Assembly: GCF_035084215.1 (NCBI RefSeq)
Contig: NC_090332.1
Coordinates: forward strand, 1,798,001-1,862,000
Length of the DNA: 64,000 bases
Source of the DNA: Heptranchias perlo
Taxonomy: Eukaryota
Reading direction: 5' to 3'
Positions 63,562 through 64,000 of this stretch are shown here, one piece after another. The notes under the pieces were generated by a model, which made no database searches, was not told the DNA's origin, and was given only the letters and a program-made list of their open reading frames with translations. The stretch's first letter is position 1, and each line of letters begins with the position of its first letter. The translations under genes were made by a program, and so were the position numbers.

Positions 63562-64000
63562 TCTATATCAATATGCTCAGGGCCCTGTCTCTATCAATGT
63601 GCTCAGGGCCCTGTCTCTATACCAATATGCTCAGGGCCCTGTCTCTATATCAATATGCTCAGGGCCCTGTCTCTCTATCAATATGCTCAGGGCCCTGTCT
63701 CTCTATCAATATGCTCAGGGCCCTGTCTCTATACCAATATGCTCAGGGCCCTGTCTCTATACCAATGTGCTCAGGGCCCTGTCTCTATCAATATGCTCAG
63801 GGCCCTGTCTCTATACCAATATGCTCAGGGCCCTGTCTCTATACCAATGTGCTCAGGGCCCTGTCTCTATCAATATGCTCAGGGCCCTGTCTCTATCAAT
63901 ATGCTCAGGGCCCTGTCTCTATCAATATGCTCAGGGCCCTGTCTCTATACCAATGTGCTCAGGGCCCTGTCTCTATCAATATGCTCAGGGCCCTGTCTCT

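Larger units (their letters stand above)
63185..64000. repeat. 26-28 bp minisatellite (atgctcagggccctgtctctatcaat)
   Basis: Directly visible; continues to the window end. Confidence 0.93.

Noticed and set aside
63185-64000. CRISPR-like array
   Set aside because: Head-to-tail repeats without unique spacers, eukaryotic context, no cas genes.

Overview
Vertebrate genomic DNA, most likely a cartilaginous fish (inferred from CR1/L2 LINEs, DeuSINE-type SINEs, Harbinger and Penelope families; species not determinable). Most of the window is decayed transposons and tandem repeats, with a 200-N gap at 33095-33294. The only host genes I can support are two divergently oriented Ig-superfamily receptor genes with germline-joined VJ-type domains. 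Gene B (+) reads V1 (36882-37238), V2 (49931-50275), an uncharged TM exon (55608-55742) and small cytoplasmic exons encoding YENI plus a canonical ITAM (YMAL-x7-YSDL); its leader was not found. Gene A (-) has a probable leader (17490-17541) and a V exon (610-966) encoding the same protein as gene B V1; the rest of gene A lies left of the window. Near-identity between the two is confined to a 441-bp inverted repeat around the exon, which suggests a paired receptor system of non-rearranging antigen-receptor-like molecules homogenised by gene conversion or recently duplicated. Exon models are read by eye from splice signals and phase, with no expression data.
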